A program made the position numbers and the translations under genes. Below the pieces are notes generated by a model. That model was not told the origin of the DNA and did no database searches. It was given only the letters and a program-made list of their open reading frames with translations. A stretch of 64,000 bases of DNA from Malacoraja senta (taxonomy: Eukaryota), in the NCBI GenBank assembly GCA_038087875.1, contig JAXLNO010000655.1:372001-436000 (forward strand). The letters run 5' to 3'. This document shows, piece after piece, positions 61,701 to 64,000 of this stretch. The stretch's first letter is position 1. Each line of letters opens with the position of its first letter.

Positions 61701-62629
61701 TAAGGGCATCTTGGTCGGCATGGGCAAGATGGGCCGAATGGCTTTCTTCTCTGTTGTATGACTCTACACCTCTAATTGCAGGCAGAAGAGACTTGTTTAA
61801 CTTGGCGTCATGTTTGTCCCAGACATTGTGGGCCAAAGAGCCTGTTCCTGTGCTGTCCTGTTCTCCATTCTAATTTCAGAGTCAATCTGCTTCTTCCCTT
61901 CTCTGGCACCCCATGCAATTGCCTTCGAAAAACAGCTGCTGACTGAAATCTAAAATCTCCGCAGATTTGAAAGGTCATCGACTCGAATCCTTCAAATTGT
62001 TTGTTGCTCCAAGATATTGTCTGACCCACTAAATTATTTCAACATCCCTGTTTTTATTCGATTACATCGTTAATGAGGTTTGCATAGAATGTATTTGTTC
62101 AGTAACTTGAGAAAAGTTCTTCTGAAAGTTTTGATCTTCCAAGCGTTGCAAATGACTACTGTGGGTGTTAGTCAATGCTTTATCTGTTAGATTAGAGTCA
62201 TAGAGTGATACAGTGTGGAAACAGGCCCTTCGGCCCAACTCGCCCACACCGGCCAACAATGACCCAGCTGCACTAGTCCCACTAGCCTGCGCTTGGTCCA
62301 TATCCCTCCAAACCTGTCCGATTCATGTACCTGTCTAACTGTTTCTTAAATCATGGGATAGTCCCAGCCTCAACTACCTCCCCTGGCAGCTTGTTCCATA
62401 CACCCACCACCCTTTGTGTGAAAACGTTACCCCTCGGATTCCTATTAAATCTTTTCCCCTTCACCTTGAACCTTTGTCCTCTGGTCCTCGATTCCCCTAC
62501 TCTGGGCAAAAGACTCTGTGCATCTACCCAATCTATTCCTCTCATAATTTTGTATAACTCTATAAGATCTCCCCTCATCCTCCTGCGCTCCATTGAATAC
62601 AAAGTGTAGGAGCCATTTATGTTTAGGCT

Positions 62630-63350
62630 AGCTACTCTTGGCATATTATATTATTTTGTCTAGATATATCTTGCAGTATTATTTGGGGGAATGCGACCTT
62701 TTCTTGTCGTATCCCCCGTCTCCGTCTCCATCTGCGCTGAGGCCTAATGGCGGAGCTGGCGGCCTCCAACTGGGTCCGACCTCGAGGCTCCGGAGCAGAA
62801 CCAGCCAGGACTTACCAGCGCGAGGCTGGCCGACTTTGGGGCTGTGGCGGCGTTCCGGCGGCGGCGACCCGACTTCGGAGCTGTGGCGGCGTACCCAGCG
62901 TTCCGGCGGCGGCCCGACTTCGGAGGCTCGGCCGCGGGCCCAGTGGACGACATCGTCGGGAGCTCGCAGGTCACAGGTTGGTGACCTGTTTTTTCCGGAG
63001 CTCCCGCAACTGGAGGGCGGCAGCTTCGGCAGCTTCGACCACCCCGGGCCGCGGAGTTTGAACCGGCCCGTTCGCGGAGCTCGGATTCAGCCGCGGGACT
63101 GACTTACTTACCATCACCCGGCGGGGTCACAACATCGGAAGCCTGGATCGTCTCAGCGCAGAGAGAGAACAAGGTGGGAAGAGACAAAGACTTTAAGACT
63201 TTTGCCTTCCATCACAGTGAGGAGGTGCCTGGTGAACTCACTGTGGTGGATGTTTAATTTGTGTTTATTGTGTGGTTCTGTTATTTTATTATATGTATGA
63301 CTGCAAGGCAACGAAATTTCGTTCAGACCAGAAGGTGTGAATGACTTTAC
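62630..63350 (+). mobile_element. CpG-rich non-autonomous retroelement
   Basis: GC/CpG-rich body with internal repeats (CCGACTTCGGAGCTGTGGCGGCG), the shared TGCCTTCCATCACAGTGA block and a Rex1-like tail AATTTCGTT...GAATGAC. Confidence 0.55.
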
Positions 63351-64000
63351 TTTACTTTATTCCAGGCACAGGGTGGCGGTCATTAGATGCACAGTGGGGC
63401 GTATACAAATGGGCATAGTGGACGGGGAGTGATTCAGACCAGGCACAGGGGCGGAGAGTATACTGTTCTCACCAGATCGGGGAGAACAGCCTAGCTACAA
63501 CTTGTATGCAGAACAAGGAAAGCCCTGTACGTTCATCTCTTTGTTTGTACAACTGCTTCAATAAAGAACCAATTAGACTTGGTCTGCGTAAGATCACTCC
63601 AAGATCACTGTGTAGTAATGGCAATGGAAAAGAAGATACTGGAAAAGTTAGAAATTGGCAATTACACAAAGAACTGCAGAAAACGTTTGGTCGCCCAGCA
63701 AAAGAAAGGGTGTCCTTGAGCTGGAAAGAGTGCAGAGAACATTTACGACGATTATGCCAGGATTTGAGGCCCTGAGCTATAGGGAAAGGTTGGGCAGAGT
63801 AAGACTTTATTCCTTGGAGCGCAATGAGGGTGACAGCTAATCTGATAGAGGTATATACAATTAGGAGGGGAACAGATAGGGTGAATGCATAGAGTCTTTT
63901 ACCCAGTGTAAGGGAATCAAGAACCAGAGAACATAGGTTTAAAGTGAGAGGGGCAAGATTTAAAAGCAACCTGAGGTGCAATGTTTTCACACAGAGAGTG

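Noticed and set aside
63360..63610. Possible second solo LTR (AATAAA followed by U5-like sequence)
   Set aside because: No clear TG...CA termini or TSD could be defined.
711..63990. Many 60-200 aa ORFs (e.g. MECGRKPEHPEKTH..., KKGLDPKRHPFLLSRDAACPAELLQ...)
   Set aside because: Recurrent chance translations of SINE and Penelope repeats, not genes.

Overview
Eukaryotic, repeat-dominated DNA, most likely from a cartilaginous fish (skate/ray-like; inferred from its HE1-type V-SINE, CR1 and Penelope repertoire). It has two 200-N scaffold gaps. I could not confidently recognise any host protein-coding gene, so it reads as a large intron or gene desert. Main contents: dozens of tRNA-derived V-SINEs; many CR1 3' fragments and one near-intact CR1 ORF2 (5161-7978); a defective Tf1/sushi-type chromodomain Gypsy retrotransposon (13505-18340, minus); fragments of Rex1, L1, Tx1, Vingi, HERO (RLE-type) and Penelope elements; a solo LTR; four PIF/Harbinger MITEs; and a 1.73-kb tandem duplication. 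Most notable observations: (i) a high-copy Penelope terminal-repeat element, often palindromic and TSD-flanked, carrying a minimal hammerhead-ribozyme-like core; (ii) a self-priming architecture in the Gypsy LTR (TATA, predicted transcript 5' end complementary to the PBS); (iii) an inverted templated insertion at the duplication junction; (iv) a shared TG-TAA-G target context for the Harbinger MITEs, two of which hit the same SINE site; (v) AT-rich unique islands that look like conserved non-coding enhancers. All family names come from motif recognition, not database searches, and many repeat boundaries are approximate.
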